64,000 nt of DNA, from contig OX638351.1 of NCBI GenBank assembly GCA_951813565.1, forward strand, positions 672,001-736,000. Direction: 5' to 3'. Source of the stretch: an uncultured Poribacteria bacterium. GTDB lineage: Bacteria; Poribacteria; WGA-4E; WGA-3G. Made by a program: the position numbers and the translations under genes. The notes beneath the pieces were generated by a model. The model did no database searches and was not told where the DNA came from. It worked only from the letters and a program-made list of their open reading frames with translations. This document shows positions 1 through 10,984 of the stretch, in pieces (the first letter of the stretch is position 1; every line of letters starts with the position of its first letter).

Positions 1-124
1 TTCGTCCAGAGATAAAAAATTCGTTGATGTTTTTTCCAGCGCGTTTGGAAAAATAGATACCGAGTCCGAGTGCAAAAAGGATGTAGCCGACAACAATTGC
101 CCAATCAATGGGTGAGATATTCAT
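1..124 (-). CDS. Sodium:solute symporter family protein, N-terminal fragment (runs off window edge)
   Basis: Manual translation MNISPIDWAIVVGYILFALGLGIYFSKRAGKNINEFFISGR; the 'D...TM...eFF.sGR' pattern is typical of SSS transporter N-termini. Confidence 0.75.
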   Translation of the reverse strand, partial: MNISPIDWAIVVGYILFALGLGIYFSKRAGKNINEFFISGR

Positions 125-202
125 TTTGTTTCTCCAATCTTCTTGAATTTAATTTACAGCAATATTGTGTAAAAATCAAGAAAAAACTAATTCCATTTTT
201 TG

Positions 203-231
203 TTGCAAAGATTTAATAAAAATTGTATACT
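203..231 (+). promoter_or_regulatory. sigma70-type promoter
   Basis: TTGCAA-17 bp-TATACT upstream of the AAGGAG RBS and ATG at 294. Confidence 0.55.
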
Positions 232-293
232 TTAACATAACGGAATAGCGATCAAGAGATTGCTTCCATTAAATTTTTACAAAGGAGCCTCAA

Positions 294-1088
294 ATGCAAC
301 GCAGTATAGTGATTCTTGTATGTCTGCTATTGACATTTCAAATAAGCGGTTTGTCCGCTGATGTGTTAGATCCTGACTTAGTACTTTATTTTGATTTCGA
401 AAGCTTTGATGGTGGAAATGTTATAGAAAAATCCGGGCGTGGTTATGATGGTGAAATCGTAGGAAAAGTCACACAATCTGACGATGGGAAGTTTGGAAAA
501 GCCGCACATTTCGCATCGGGCAGTTTTCTTGACTTAGACGGTCCCAACGTAAAACCTGATGATATTCCGACTGAGGGTATGAGCATTGTCGCGTGGATCA
601 ACGTTGAAGCGGTTGCGGATATGGCGATTTTCAACGCTCGTGCGGGGGACAACACGTGGCTTGTGCACCCAGAGGCGCGTGGTGACGGTAATTATCGTTG
701 GCTTAATCGGAGTGCTGGTGGTGTAAAGATATTTGATATCCGTGGGGGTAGCAACAAAGCCAAACAATGGATGCATTATGCGGGAACCTTCAGTCGTGAA
801 GAAGGAATGGCTTACCTCTATATCAACGGTGTCCAAGTTGGTGAGGAAAAAGCACGTCTTCCAGATCCGATTGCAGGAGATTGGGGTCAGGGCGCACGTG
901 TCGGTTATAACATTGATAACAACCGGCCATTTAATGGACTCATGGATGACTTAAATGTCTGGAAACGCGGATTAACGCATGAAGAAGTTAAAGACATTAT
1001 GAATAATAGTTTGGATAAACTTCTGGCTGTTGAAGCGCGTGGCAAATTGACGACTACATGGGGAAGACTGAAGTCTTCTCAGCGTTAA
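294..1088 (+). CDS. Secreted LamG/concanavalin A-like jellyroll protein with C-terminal AVEARGKLTTTWGRLK motif
   Basis: Signal peptide; LVLYFDF, WMHYAGTF, LYING and F.GLMDDL.VW LamG hallmarks. Confidence 0.85.
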   Translation: MQRSIVILVCLLLTFQISGLSADVLDPDLVLYFDFESFDGGNVIEKSGRGYDGEIVGKVTQSDDGKFGKAAHFASGSFLDLDGPNVKPDDIPTEGMSIVAWINVEAVADMAIFNARAGDNTWLVHPEARGDGNYRWLNRSAGGVKIFDIRGGSNKAKQWMHYAGTFSREEGMAYLYINGVQVGEEKARLPDPIAGDWGQGARVGYNIDNNRPFNGLMDDLNVWKRGLTHEEVKDIMNNSLDKLLAVEARGKLTTTWGRLKSSQR

Positions 1089-1107
1089 TTTGTAGTCAAT
1101 CTAAAAT

Positions 1108-1260
1108 AACCCAAGTTGCACCTATGTAGCACAAACTTTTAGTTTGTGCTATGAGGACGCAAACTGAAAGTTTGCGCTACAATATTTCGCCAATAACAAA
1201 CTCTTCTCTATTAAAAATGGCGTCTGTGTGTCTAAAATCTTATAGGTAGCAACTTAGGTT
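1108..1260. mobile_element. MITE-like element with imperfect terminal inverted repeats enclosing two REP-like hairpins
   Basis: AACCCAAGTTGCACCTAT ... ATAGGTAGCAACTTAGGTT flanked by AAAAT on both sides; related partial copies at ~3310-3352 and ~56277-56402. Confidence 0.6.
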
Positions 1261-1280
1261 AAAATAAGTGAAAAATTCTT

Positions 1281-1307
1281 GTAGGCGCGGTTTCAAACCG
1301 CGCCTAC
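1281..1307. repeat. GTAG-type REP-like palindrome
   Basis: GTAGGCGCGGTTTcAAACCGCGCCTAC; near-identical copy at ~55034-55059. Confidence 0.8.
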
Positions 1308-1401
1308 TGCTTTAATGTGTCTGATTTTAGATCATGTAAAAGTCTGTAGATCGGGTAGAGTTTGCGAAACCCAATCTAAGAACTGATAACAAGCAGACGT
1401 T

Positions 1402-1438
1402 AAAAAAAGGGACTTAACCACCGAGGTGGTTAGGTCCC
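1402..1438 (-). terminator. Rho-independent terminator of the 1454-1957 gene
   Basis: GGGACTTAACCACC-GA-GGTGGTTAGGTCCC hairpin next to an A7 run (U-tail on the minus strand). Confidence 0.7.
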
Positions 1439-1453
1439 AAAAACCATCAAGGG

Positions 1454-1957
1454 CTATTCACTTGGTGGTGACTCAACAGCATAGAATATGCCAGCCGCGG
1501 GACCATCATCACAACTATAGACATAAGCTCCAACTCCACTATGAAAAACATTACCAGAAGATACAACAATATCGACTGTGCCTCCAGCTGGAATAATGAT
1601 GCTAGCCCCTCCCCCCCAATGTATGGTGTGGTCAGTTGCGTCTGAGTTTTTAATTGTGATGGACTCTCCGAACTCCACCTGAATAACAAGCGGGTCAGGG
1701 GTACAGCCGGTAATGTCTAAAAGATTGACATTTACAGCTGCTGCCCACACCGCCTCCCACCATCGATTTCTCTCTTCATCTGTCGTATCTTCCCCCGGCC
1801 AATCTAAAAATAGATCAATTGGTGGTGTAACTTCTTCCGTAGGATCGGGCATTACGGTTTCCGTAACCGTCATTGCCCGTTCGCACCCGGCAACAACTAC
1901 GACAATAAGGACGATGACAATTATAGCCAGTCGTGCTACTCTTTCTGTTACTTTCAA
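1454..1957 (-). CDS. Putative lipoprotein with a cupredoxin-like C-terminal beta domain
   Basis: Lipobox VAGC; P..I.V..GESITIKNSD...HTI and Y.YSC resemble the cupredoxin fold. Confidence 0.55.
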   Translation of the reverse strand: MKVTERVARLAIIVIVLIVVVVAGCERAMTVTETVMPDPTEEVTPPIDLFLDWPGEDTTDEERNRWWEAVWAAAVNVNLLDITGCTPDPLVIQVEFGESITIKNSDATDHTIHWGGGASIIIPAGGTVDIVVSSGNVFHSGVGAYVYSCDDGPAAGIFYAVESPPSE

Positions 1958-2663
1958 GGATCTCTCCTCCTTCTATTTTTCTAAAACTTAGTCTTATTTC
2001 CTAAGAGGGTATTAACAAAATAATGATGCGACAGTCCCTCTAAACTGTGCAGCATCACAACTAATTTTTTAGAGACTAACAGACATTATAACGATTTAAT
2101 TGTGTCAGGACTTACGCATTAGAGTATAGTTGAGTGGTGTGTGCTGAATATAGATTGACAGTAATCAACACGAGTTTGTTTGCCATTTTTTACCCTCTCA
2201 CACCATAGCTATATTGGAAAGTTGAATAGTCTATATTAAGGATTATTAGGTAAGTCCTAAGTAATTTCGAACAATATCACATATAAGCCAATTATTTGGT
2301 TTCAATTACTTCATAAATGACTTTATACGAATTATGCGCTAAGTATTAAATTAAGTCAAGGAAAAAATAAAATTTATGGAATTTTGGGAAATTAGTCGGA
2401 TTTTTAAGCACTAAGGCATAATGCGGTGTCAAAAGATACAGCAACGAAAAAGATAAACTACGGAATTGGAAAAAGGCTTTTGTGATTTAGGCATGGAAAC
2501 CTGTTGTAGGTTAACTATGGTTTGGACAATTTTTAGAGTTCTTAGGTAATAGTCTGCATTAAAAGAACAACTCTTGACATCAATATCGATTTATTGATAC
2601 ACCTGTCGCCCCGCTGGGGCTAAAGAGGGTTTGTTCACGATGTTTCTATAAACATTCCGCCCC

Positions 2664-2768
2664 GACAAATGCCATACGGGGAATGCCAAAAGGCATTCAT
2701 ACCCGGTGAATGACTAAATGTCATTCATACCGTTGATTTCTTGATTTGGCGCATTTGGCGTTGATTTG
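2664..2768 (+). mobile_element. Nested composite of hairpin-GTTGATTTG micro-elements
   Basis: Interrupts the REP CCGCCCC^GCTGGGGCT (intact copy at ~2607); three nested hairpin units. Confidence 0.75.
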
Positions 2769-3449
2769 GCTGGGGCTGCTCTTATTTGCCATGAGGATCT
2801 TTTTCTGCGAGTTACGTCCCCGTGAAAAACTCAGCGAAAAATGAGAAATACTTGAAAACAGATCATGAAATAGTAGTTCGTCCGTCGGGTAGAGCTTGCG
2901 AAACCCGACAATATAAAGGTTTCAAGGCAAACTGGGCGGGTTTCACAAGGAAATCGTAGGAACACATCAAGCAGGTTGTGATAATAGTATTTCAGTCCCA
3001 ACATGTCGGGTTTCGCATTCGCTCTACCCATAGGTGTAAACTTAAGGATATATCCTCTTGTGGGAGTGAATCAACGCCAAATGCACTTTTTGGCATTTGG
3101 CGGGTTTTCAACCCCGCAGCATGCCATACGCGCATGCTGCGTTGATTTGGATTTTCTGCTTGAATCTCGTTTAATCGGGCGGACAAGGTTTCCCTCCCAC
3201 AAGAGATAATTTAGCAATTTTGTTCTTAAATTGACACTCGCTGAAGAGCGTTTGACATATTCAGAATATACCTAACAAGAAATTACCGAATTAAAAAATT
3301 AATCTTCATTTAGTTTGTGCCTTATGAGACGCAAACTAAAAGTTTGCGCTACAGAAGTGTCCCATTAATTATAGGTTTTACTATAGTTTTAATTCGTGTT
3401 TTTTCAAAGTAGGTACGGTTGAAAAACGCACCCGAATAAGATTGGTAAT

Positions 3450-4310
3450 TTAGGTTGGAAGCGTTGCGTGCGCTGTTACATGTAGAGGTAAGAAGAACGG
3501 GCGTTTTGATGTAAGGACTTCATGGCGGAGTTGTGCTGCTAATGTATCAACACCAACCTGTTCCGCTGTCGCAATCCCGTACTTTTCAATAAGTGGAAGG
3601 AGACTCTGAAAAATAGTTGCCATGTATCGGTACCCTACCCAATTCGCTGCTGCACCGATGGGAGCATGAAGGTGCATCTTTGGTGCTGGCAATCCTACTT
3701 CAACAAAAACACGGTAAAGCCCTATACCCGTGTCCAGATGCGCTCCTGAATGTTTGAATACATCCAAAATCCACTGGTAAAGTTGATTGATAAAGGGTGT
3801 ATCTGGATGTGAATACGCTGGATAGAGTGTGTATTCCGGCTCCTGAAACGCAACAATTCCTCCCGGTTTTAGATGCTTTACGAGTTTTTGCAGCGCATCC
3901 ACGGGGTTAGCCAAATACATTAACACAAACCGACCAACAAGCGCATCAAATTTGTCATCAAGTTCAAGTGTTCGTGCGTCACCTGCGATGAATTCGACGT
4001 TTTTCATACCTGCGTCTGATGCGCGTTGACGCGCCGTTTCAAGGATAGACGGATTGATATCAACGCCAACTACTTGTCCTGATGTGCCAACAAGTTCAGC
4101 AAGCATGAGAGCCGCATCGCCAGCACCGCTACCGATTTCAAGCACCCGCATCCCAGTTCCAATACCCGCACGTTCGCAGAGCAGCCTCGTTGACTCTCCA
4201 TAGATTCTTGACTGCTCAATGAGGCGCGTTGTTTCGTGTGAGGTTCGCCCTAAGGTATAGGTTGCATCGCGATTTGATGCGTGCGAGTTTTGTGAATGAT
4301 TTTCTGCCAT
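3450..4310 (-). CDS. Class I SAM-dependent methyltransferase
   Basis: VLEIGSGAGD motif I and FDALVGRFVL; paralog of the adjacent gene. Confidence 0.9.
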   Translation of the reverse strand: MAENHSQNSHASNRDATYTLGRTSHETTRLIEQSRIYGESTRLLCERAGIGTGMRVLEIGSGAGDAALMLAELVGTSGQVVGVDINPSILETARQRASDAGMKNVEFIAGDARTLELDDKFDALVGRFVLMYLANPVDALQKLVKHLKPGGIVAFQEPEYTLYPAYSHPDTPFINQLYQWILDVFKHSGAHLDTGIGLYRVFVEVGLPAPKMHLHAPIGAAANWVGYRYMATIFQSLLPLIEKYGIATAEQVGVDTLAAQLRHEVLTSKRPFFLPLHVTAHATLPT

Positions 4311-4321
4311 GCGTTGAACTT

Positions 4322-5158
4322 TTAAGTTGGGAGGGATGCATGTGCTGTGACGTGTGGGGGCAGCATAATCGGGCGTTTTGATGCAGCGACTTCTGCTTGT
4401 ATCCGAGATGCAAGCGTGTCTATGTCTACCTCATCAGTAGTCGCAATTTCGTAAGCCTCTATTAACGGTAGGATACTCCGAAAACTATTTTCGAGATATG
4501 CAAATCCGGGCCAATCTTCAGGACCGCCCATGGGCGCTTCAAAATGTAATGCGGGTTCGGGCAAACCAGCATCAACGAAGGCTTTGTAGAGTTCCATACC
4601 CATTTCTACATGTGCGCCAGAACGTTCAAACACGGTGCGCCCCCATTTAATTAAGTCGTTTATCAAAGGTGTATCTGGATGTACAGCAACAGCATAAGGT
4701 GAAAAATCAACCTCTTGGAAAGCAACAATGCCACCGGGATGTAGGTGCGTTGCCAAATGTTTAAGCGCATCTGCTGGGTCTGCCATATACATCAGCACAA
4801 GTCTGCCGACAACGGCATCAAAATCGTTTGGAAGTTCAAGTGTTCGGGTGTCACCTGCGATGAATTCTATGTTTGTCCAACCTGCTGCGTCCGCACGTGC
4901 TTTTGCTGTTTCAAGAATATCAGCGTTAACATCTACACCAATCACAGTTCCCTCGGCACCAACAAATTCTGCAAGGGTAAGCGCAACGTCCCCAGCACCA
5001 CTCCCCACATCAAGGACTTTCATGCCTTTTGCGATGCCGCTCCTCAGAAAAAAACGCCGCGTCACATCCTCATAGAGTTGAGACTGTTTAATCAACCGGT
5101 CTGTTTCAGATTCGCTCCTACCCATTGTATATTCTGCATCTCTGCTTTGATTGCTCAT
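4322..5158 (-). CDS. Class I SAM-dependent methyltransferase
   Basis: VLDVGSGAGD; start set at MSNQSRD behind an AAGGGG RBS, by alignment to the paralog. Confidence 0.9.
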   Translation of the reverse strand: MSNQSRDAEYTMGRSESETDRLIKQSQLYEDVTRRFFLRSGIAKGMKVLDVGSGAGDVALTLAEFVGAEGTVIGVDVNADILETAKARADAAGWTNIEFIAGDTRTLELPNDFDAVVGRLVLMYMADPADALKHLATHLHPGGIVAFQEVDFSPYAVAVHPDTPLINDLIKWGRTVFERSGAHVEMGMELYKAFVDAGLPEPALHFEAPMGGPEDWPGFAYLENSFRSILPLIEAYEIATTDEVDIDTLASRIQAEVAASKRPIMLPPHVTAHASLPT

Positions 5159-5289
5159 GTAAATTTTTTCCCCTTTAAAAATAAAAAAGCAAGACATCAA
5201 CAGTGGAGTGTCCACGTATTTTAGATTTTACTATTATTTGGTATGTGTTAGAGAGCGGTTTGAAGCCGTTCCTAACAAGAAACAAAACT

Positions 5290-7902
5290 TTAGAAAGTAT
5301 AACCGATTTTGGTGTACCAGAAAGCACCACCAAACCCGTAAGGACTATATTCACCGAAGGGTCTACCGACTATAGCACCCGTAAAGTTCTCAATATTTGG
5401 GTCTGACCAAGTAACGTTATTAGGTTCAACATTGAAAACATTATTGACGCCAACCGTTATACCTAAGTTATTAGCAAAGGCGTAATTAAATTCAATATCC
5501 ACTAAAAACACGTCGTCATAAATTTGTGAACCGACAGCATATTCGAACCAAGGTCCGTAGTAATTAACACGCCCCAAAACTCCTAAATTACCTACAACAT
5601 TTTGTGTTAACGTTACGTTTCCGCGGTGCTTGGGTAGCCCTTCTTCTAAGAGTCGGACACGTGTGTCGTCCAAAATATCAGCGTTGCGTTTGGTAACTTC
5701 AGTCTCGGTGTAGTTATAAGCAAGACTTACGACACCTTTAGCGACTGGTGCTGTAAGAACAATGTCAAGACCTTGTGTGCTTGTTTCAAATTCGTTAGTA
5801 AAGAATCGGAATTCTTGCAGGTTTCCGGCACTCGTGATGCCTTCATCAACGAGTTGCTGGATCTGTTCTTCAGTAATATCTTCGCCGCGTAGGAAGTCTT
5901 TAGAGGGCGCCAACCGATCTTCTACCTTGATATTGAAATAATCTATTGTAACACTAACAACATCATCACTAATAACCGTGCCAACAGTAAAGTTTTTTGA
6001 CTTTTCGGGTTCAAGTGCCTTACCACCTACTAAGCCTGCGGCAGCATGCGTAGAAGGAATAGTGCCTTTATTGACCAAGGTATTATTTTCACCGAATTCC
6101 GTTGTGACGTTAAAGGCATTTTGCTGCCCGGGCGTCGGTGCACGAAAACCGGTGCTGTAACTACCACGTACTCTCATGTCAATCGCAGGATCAAGCGAAA
6201 GAAATTCCATGAGGTCGTCGCTGAATGCATAACTTGTTGCGACTTTGTAGTTGATAGTACTACCAAAATCATCAAAATACTCGCCTCGGATAGCAGCGCT
6301 AACAACCCATGGCTCAATCGGTTTCAATTCGGTTTCCAAATATCCTGCAAAATTGGAACGTGTCCAATCGCCTTGCGCAATATCACTGAAGCCAGGAAAT
6401 CCGTTGGAACCCGAACTAAATCCTTGGCTTGCCAATGGCCCAATTTCCCAAGACTCTTTTTGCCCTTGAACAATTTCAAAAGTCTCTGTTCTATATTCAC
6501 CACCTGCGGCAAGAAAGACAAGGTCGTGCAGTGGATAGGTGAGGTCAAGATTAATGTTCGTATCCGCTTGGATATAATCACCCGGGTCGAATTCGGTAGG
6601 TGTATCTGGTCCAAGTGATGCATTCACAGTGTTTTTAATGAAGAAATCAGAGGCGTGGCGTCCATAAGATGCACTTAAATCCCATCCCAAATCCTCAGCG
6701 ACTGATCCTTTCAGTCCAACAAGGACAGAAGCATCTTGTGTATCAGCACCGAAACGAGGTGTGAATCCACCGGGAAAAAGTTCTTGGAAAGTAAAAAGGT
6801 TCGGGTCATCAAAAACCTGTTTTAAAGCCTCTGGGTCTGGAACATTATCGGTTATCTGAACCACAGGAACTTCACCTTCTCCAGACAAACGCCCAACAAG
6901 TAATGTTTCGCCACTGTCGTTACTAAATACGGCAGGTCGAGTATTGGGATTTCGGAAGTAGAACCCACCCTCAACTTGCTTCTGCGCGTAGTTTGCGTGA
7001 CCGTAGAGTTGAATGTTACTAACGATGTCAACTCCGTAGTTTGCAAAAAACTTAATGTCATCCCTAATAATCGGGTGTCCCCACGGTTGTGCGGGGTTGG
7101 CAACATGGCTATTCCCGGCGGCGGAAAGTGCGGCGGCATCGTCTCGTTGCACGGAACGATCTGTCTCGTCAGTGTTACCGTATTCTAAACTGAGGTTTGC
7201 CCATACATCTTCTCTTCCCAAACCGATATTCCCGGCGACGGAATATGTGAGACCGTCACTAAATTGGTATATACCGGGTTTAATTACCAAAGATCCGCCT
7301 TTGTAACTGTCTTTTAATTGTAAGTTCATCACACCGGCGATAGCATCGGAACCATACTGTGCGGATGCACCATCCCGTAACACTTCCATCTGTTTAATTG
7401 CAATCGCAGGAATAGGCGATAGGTCTGCACCTTGCGAACCATCGGACAATCCGTTGCCAAGCCAAGTAATCACAGATGCGCGGTGCCGACGTTTGCCGTT
7501 GACGAGTAACAATGTGTGATCGGGTGCTAATCCCCTTAGATTTGCAGGACGCACGACGGTCGCTGCATCGGCGATAGGTTGTGCATTTACATTGTAGGAG
7601 GGCACCAAATTCCTCAACAAGTCAGGCATATCTGCCCCACCCTGTTTAACAAAATCATCGCTGAGCACGACATCAATCGGAACAGTCGACTCAAGCACGG
7701 AACGCGGTTTGGCACGTGTGCCGACAATAACCAAACCTTCAAGTTCCACGACTTCTTGATCAGATTCTGCTTCGCTTGATTCAGTTTCAGTATCGCTTTC
7801 TTCATGGTTATCTGCTACAACCACAGGTAAGAAGACCATGAAAACTGCTAATGCTATGTAAAATGCATGAACAAGCGGTTTAATATTAATTGTACCTTTC
7901 AT
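5290..7902 (-). CDS. TonB-dependent outer membrane receptor
   Basis: Signal peptide, TonB-box-like LVIVGTR, plug LRGL..DHTLLLVNGKR, EVLRDGASAQYGSDAIAGV, C-terminal Phe. Confidence 0.95.
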   Translation of the reverse strand: MKGTINIKPLVHAFYIALAVFMVFLPVVVADNHEESDTETESSEAESDQEVVELEGLVIVGTRAKPRSVLESTVPIDVVLSDDFVKQGGADMPDLLRNLVPSYNVNAQPIADAATVVRPANLRGLAPDHTLLLVNGKRRHRASVITWLGNGLSDGSQGADLSPIPAIAIKQMEVLRDGASAQYGSDAIAGVMNLQLKDSYKGGSLVIKPGIYQFSDGLTYSVAGNIGLGREDVWANLSLEYGNTDETDRSVQRDDAAALSAAGNSHVANPAQPWGHPIIRDDIKFFANYGVDIVSNIQLYGHANYAQKQVEGGFYFRNPNTRPAVFSNDSGETLLVGRLSGEGEVPVVQITDNVPDPEALKQVFDDPNLFTFQELFPGGFTPRFGADTQDASVLVGLKGSVAEDLGWDLSASYGRHASDFFIKNTVNASLGPDTPTEFDPGDYIQADTNINLDLTYPLHDLVFLAAGGEYRTETFEIVQGQKESWEIGPLASQGFSSGSNGFPGFSDIAQGDWTRSNFAGYLETELKPIEPWVVSAAIRGEYFDDFGSTINYKVATSYAFSDDLMEFLSLDPAIDMRVRGSYSTGFRAPTPGQQNAFNVTTEFGENNTLVNKGTIPSTHAAAGLVGGKALEPEKSKNFTVGTVISDDVVSVTIDYFNIKVEDRLAPSKDFLRGEDITEEQIQQLVDEGITSAGNLQEFRFFTNEFETSTQGLDIVLTAPVAKGVVSLAYNYTETEVTKRNADILDDTRVRLLEEGLPKHRGNVTLTQNVVGNLGVLGRVNYYGPWFEYAVGSQIYDDVFLVDIEFNYAFANNLGITVGVNNVFNVEPNNVTWSDPNIENFTGAIVGRPFGEYSPYGFGGAFWYTKIGYTF

Positions 7903-8032
7903 AATTTGCTCTCTCTTTTTGTATGAAAAATACTTATGCGACAACGGCACTTATAAAGTTTGGTAGACGTGAATTGCCCGCTTTTGTAGAAAGCAGGTTT
8001 ACAAACACGTCTACCGAGTTTTTGTTACATAT

Positions 8033-10729
8033 TTAGAAACTGTAACCGACTTTAGCATACCAGAATGCGCCATCAAACCCAAACGGACTGAATTGTCCGT
8101 ATTTGTTACCAACAGAATCAGCAGCATTCGGATTTTCATCGGGATAGGTATTAAGGATATTTCTTCCACCGAGAGTGAGAGACAATCCGGACTCCACGGT
8201 GTAAGTGGTTTCCAAGTCGAAAATAACCCTTCCAGTGTATTCTCCAGTCTCTTCTACATCTGGATTCTGTAAGAAATCTTCAGAATCGAACCAACCGCTG
8301 AAATAACTGGCGCGCCCGAGCACTCCCCACATATCCGTTATGGATTGAGCGACAGTCAGGCTGGCGCGGTGTTCTGGTAAATTCTCTTGCAGTTCCCTGA
8401 TTCGACGATCGTCCAGCGTGTCAGGATTGTAATCGCCAACCTCAGTTGACGTGAAGTTATACACGGCGATGAGGTTTCCGTTGGGTATTGGTGCTGTAAC
8501 GACAAAGTCAACACCTTGGGTTGTGGTATTGAAATCATTGATAAAGAACCGGAATTTTTCCAGATTCGCTGCACTGGTTACACCTTCGGCGATGAGCTGC
8601 GCCTTCTGCGAGGCAGTCAATGTAAAGTCTTGTGAGACAGATAACCGGTTTTTCAGCCGAATATCAAAAAAGTCCATCGTGAAATTTACGCCCAAAATAT
8701 CAACGGTAAATCCACCTGTGAAGTTATTTGATGTTTCCGGGTCAAGCGAGTTATCTTCCTTGCCTGTCACAACACCAACAGCGGCGTTGGTAGAAGGAAT
8801 TGTTCCGTTATTAACGAGGTCACCCTTCTCAAAATCGTATTCAGTGGTAATGTTAAACGTATTTTGCTGCCCGGGTGTCGGTGCGCGGAACCCAGTACTA
8901 TAACTTCCCCGCAACCGCATCGTTTCCGTAATCTTGTAGTTTGCAGCGGCTTTGTAGTTCAGGGTACTACCGAAATCCTCAAATTGTTCACCGCGCACAG
9001 CCAGCGCGATCAGGAGCGGATCAATCGGTCTGATTTCAGTTTCCAGATACGCCGCAACGTTGTAACGGTGCCACTTGCCTGCCGCAACTGGGCTGAACCC
9101 CGAAAATCCGTTGGAGGCAGCCGTGAAGCCTTGCGCTGCGAGGGGCCCGATCTGATGCGACTCGCGTTCGCCCTCTATGATTTCAAAACCTTCGTTCCGA
9201 TATTCCAAACCAGAAGCGAGGAACACCAGGTCGTTCAACGGATAGGTTACATCGAAGTTGAGGTAATAATCCGTCTGGATATAGTCGCCCGGATCAAAAT
9301 GTGTCGGTGTATCTGGGCCGAGCGAAGCATTAACAGTGTTGAAGATAAAGAAATCAGCATGGTTCCGTCCAAAAGTGCCGCTTAGATCCCACGTTAAGTC
9401 CTTGCCCAAGGTGTCTCCGAGCGCGGTGCCTTTAACGCCAATGACGACGGAACTATCCCACATGAATGCACCAAATCTGGGTGTGAATCCGCCTGGGAAC
9501 ATTTCTTGATACGAGAACAAATTGGGATCCTTAATAACCTCTTGCATCTTAGCAGGATCTGCTGGGACACCATTAGCAATTGCTGTACGCTCCTCATCAG
9601 TGGTGGCAGTTACTGCTCCAGTGACAGGATGGGCAAGTTGAATATCGTCGGCCTCTTTATCCACCCCTTCTGGCAAGCCTGCTAAATTACCAACGAGTAA
9701 GTAGAATTCATCTGGCTTATCATCATCATCTAAATCCACATTACGTCCAAACACGCCACTGCGAGTATTGGGGTTCCGGAAATAGAACCCACCTTCAACG
9801 CGCTTTCGGGCGTAGTTGGCATGCCCATAGAAATCGATGGTATCCGTGAGGGTAGCACCGTAGTTGGCAAACAATTTGGTGTCACCCTCTATAATCGGCT
9901 GTCCCCAAATTTGCGCGGGGTCTTTCACACTGAAATTGCCTGCGTTAATCAAGTTCATCGCATCAGTGCGTTGCACAGAACGGATGGTCGGATCTGCGCC
10001 ACCGTATTCAAAACTGAGGCTAGTCCACGCGTCTAGTGTGCCTAAACCGATATTGCCAGCGAGCGCGAATTGCCTACCGTCGCCGTATTGGTAGATACCG
10101 GGTTTAAATTCAAACGAACCGCCTTCGTGGTTGTCTTTCAATTGAAAATTCATCACCCCAGCAATGGCATCAGAACCGTATTGTGCAGATGCTCCATCTC
10201 GGAGGACCTCAACTTGTCTCAGCGCGATTGCCGGAATAGGCGACAGATCAGGCCCCTGTGAACCATCAGATAAACCGTTCCCGAGCCAGTGAATCACTGA
10301 GGCACGGTGTCGCCGCTTGTTATTGACCAGTACCAGCGTATGATCTGGGGCAAGCCCCCGTAAATTCGCTGGACGCACCACCGTTGACGCATCACTAATC
10401 GGTTGTGTATTGATGTTGTAAGATGGCACTAAAGTTCTCAGCAAATCCGGTAGATCTGCGCCGCCCTGCTTTTCAAAGGATTTGTTTGACACAACATCAA
10501 TCGGGACCGCTGAATCCAAGATAGAACGCGGTCTTGCCCGGGTACCGACGACCACTACGCTTTCAATTTCGACTACATCTTGTTCAGAGGCAGCTTCCTC
10601 GGTAGATTCAGCCTCAGGTTCTTCTGTGTTTTCTTCTTGTGCTACTGCGGCAGGTAAATAAACCATAAAAACTGCTAAAGCGATGAACATCGCAAGCAGA
10701 ATTGTCTTAATAATCAATGTGACTTTCAT
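8033..10729 (-). CDS. TonB-dependent outer membrane receptor (paralog)
   Basis: Same plug motifs; ends YAKVGYSF. Confidence 0.95.
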   Translation of the reverse strand: MKVTLIIKTILLAMFIALAVFMVYLPAAVAQEENTEEPEAESTEEAASEQDVVEIESVVVVGTRARPRSILDSAVPIDVVSNKSFEKQGGADLPDLLRTLVPSYNINTQPISDASTVVRPANLRGLAPDHTLVLVNNKRRHRASVIHWLGNGLSDGSQGPDLSPIPAIALRQVEVLRDGASAQYGSDAIAGVMNFQLKDNHEGGSFEFKPGIYQYGDGRQFALAGNIGLGTLDAWTSLSFEYGGADPTIRSVQRTDAMNLINAGNFSVKDPAQIWGQPIIEGDTKLFANYGATLTDTIDFYGHANYARKRVEGGFYFRNPNTRSGVFGRNVDLDDDDKPDEFYLLVGNLAGLPEGVDKEADDIQLAHPVTGAVTATTDEERTAIANGVPADPAKMQEVIKDPNLFSYQEMFPGGFTPRFGAFMWDSSVVIGVKGTALGDTLGKDLTWDLSGTFGRNHADFFIFNTVNASLGPDTPTHFDPGDYIQTDYYLNFDVTYPLNDLVFLASGLEYRNEGFEIIEGERESHQIGPLAAQGFTAASNGFSGFSPVAAGKWHRYNVAAYLETEIRPIDPLLIALAVRGEQFEDFGSTLNYKAAANYKITETMRLRGSYSTGFRAPTPGQQNTFNITTEYDFEKGDLVNNGTIPSTNAAVGVVTGKEDNSLDPETSNNFTGGFTVDILGVNFTMDFFDIRLKNRLSVSQDFTLTASQKAQLIAEGVTSAANLEKFRFFINDFNTTTQGVDFVVTAPIPNGNLIAVYNFTSTEVGDYNPDTLDDRRIRELQENLPEHRASLTVAQSITDMWGVLGRASYFSGWFDSEDFLQNPDVEETGEYTGRVIFDLETTYTVESGLSLTLGGRNILNTYPDENPNAADSVGNKYGQFSPFGFDGAFWYAKVGYSF

Positions 10730-10984
10730 ATAATTTAGACTCCTTAGGTCTTTTTTCTTTTTTAGTAAGTAACATTTTCACATAAAACGTAAAAAAAACG
10801 CAACAGGTTTAGACTTTTCCCTGAATAATATTATTTCTTTAGACTTGAAAACACGTCTCAAGTTTAAAATAAATCAGAAATACAAAACTTATACAAATGA
10901 TTTGCCTGAACCTACAAAACGTTACGTTTTGAGTATAGCACAGATTCACTTGAATTCAAAAGAAAATTTTGATATATTTATATT

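Noticed and set aside
3070..3149. Integron attC sites
   Set aside because: GTTGATT does not fit GTTRRRY, there is no complementary core on the other side, units are too short, and there are no cassette ORFs or integrase
5978..10261. Numerous plus-strand ORFs inside the TonB receptor genes (and similar shadow ORFs elsewhere)
   Set aside because: Antisense or alternate-frame shadows of well-supported genes, with no motifs
10730..10984. Cobalamin or other riboswitch, or a canonical Fur/Zur box, upstream of the TonB receptors
   Set aside because: No recognisable aptamer motifs; the palindromes do not match a consensus I can name confidently
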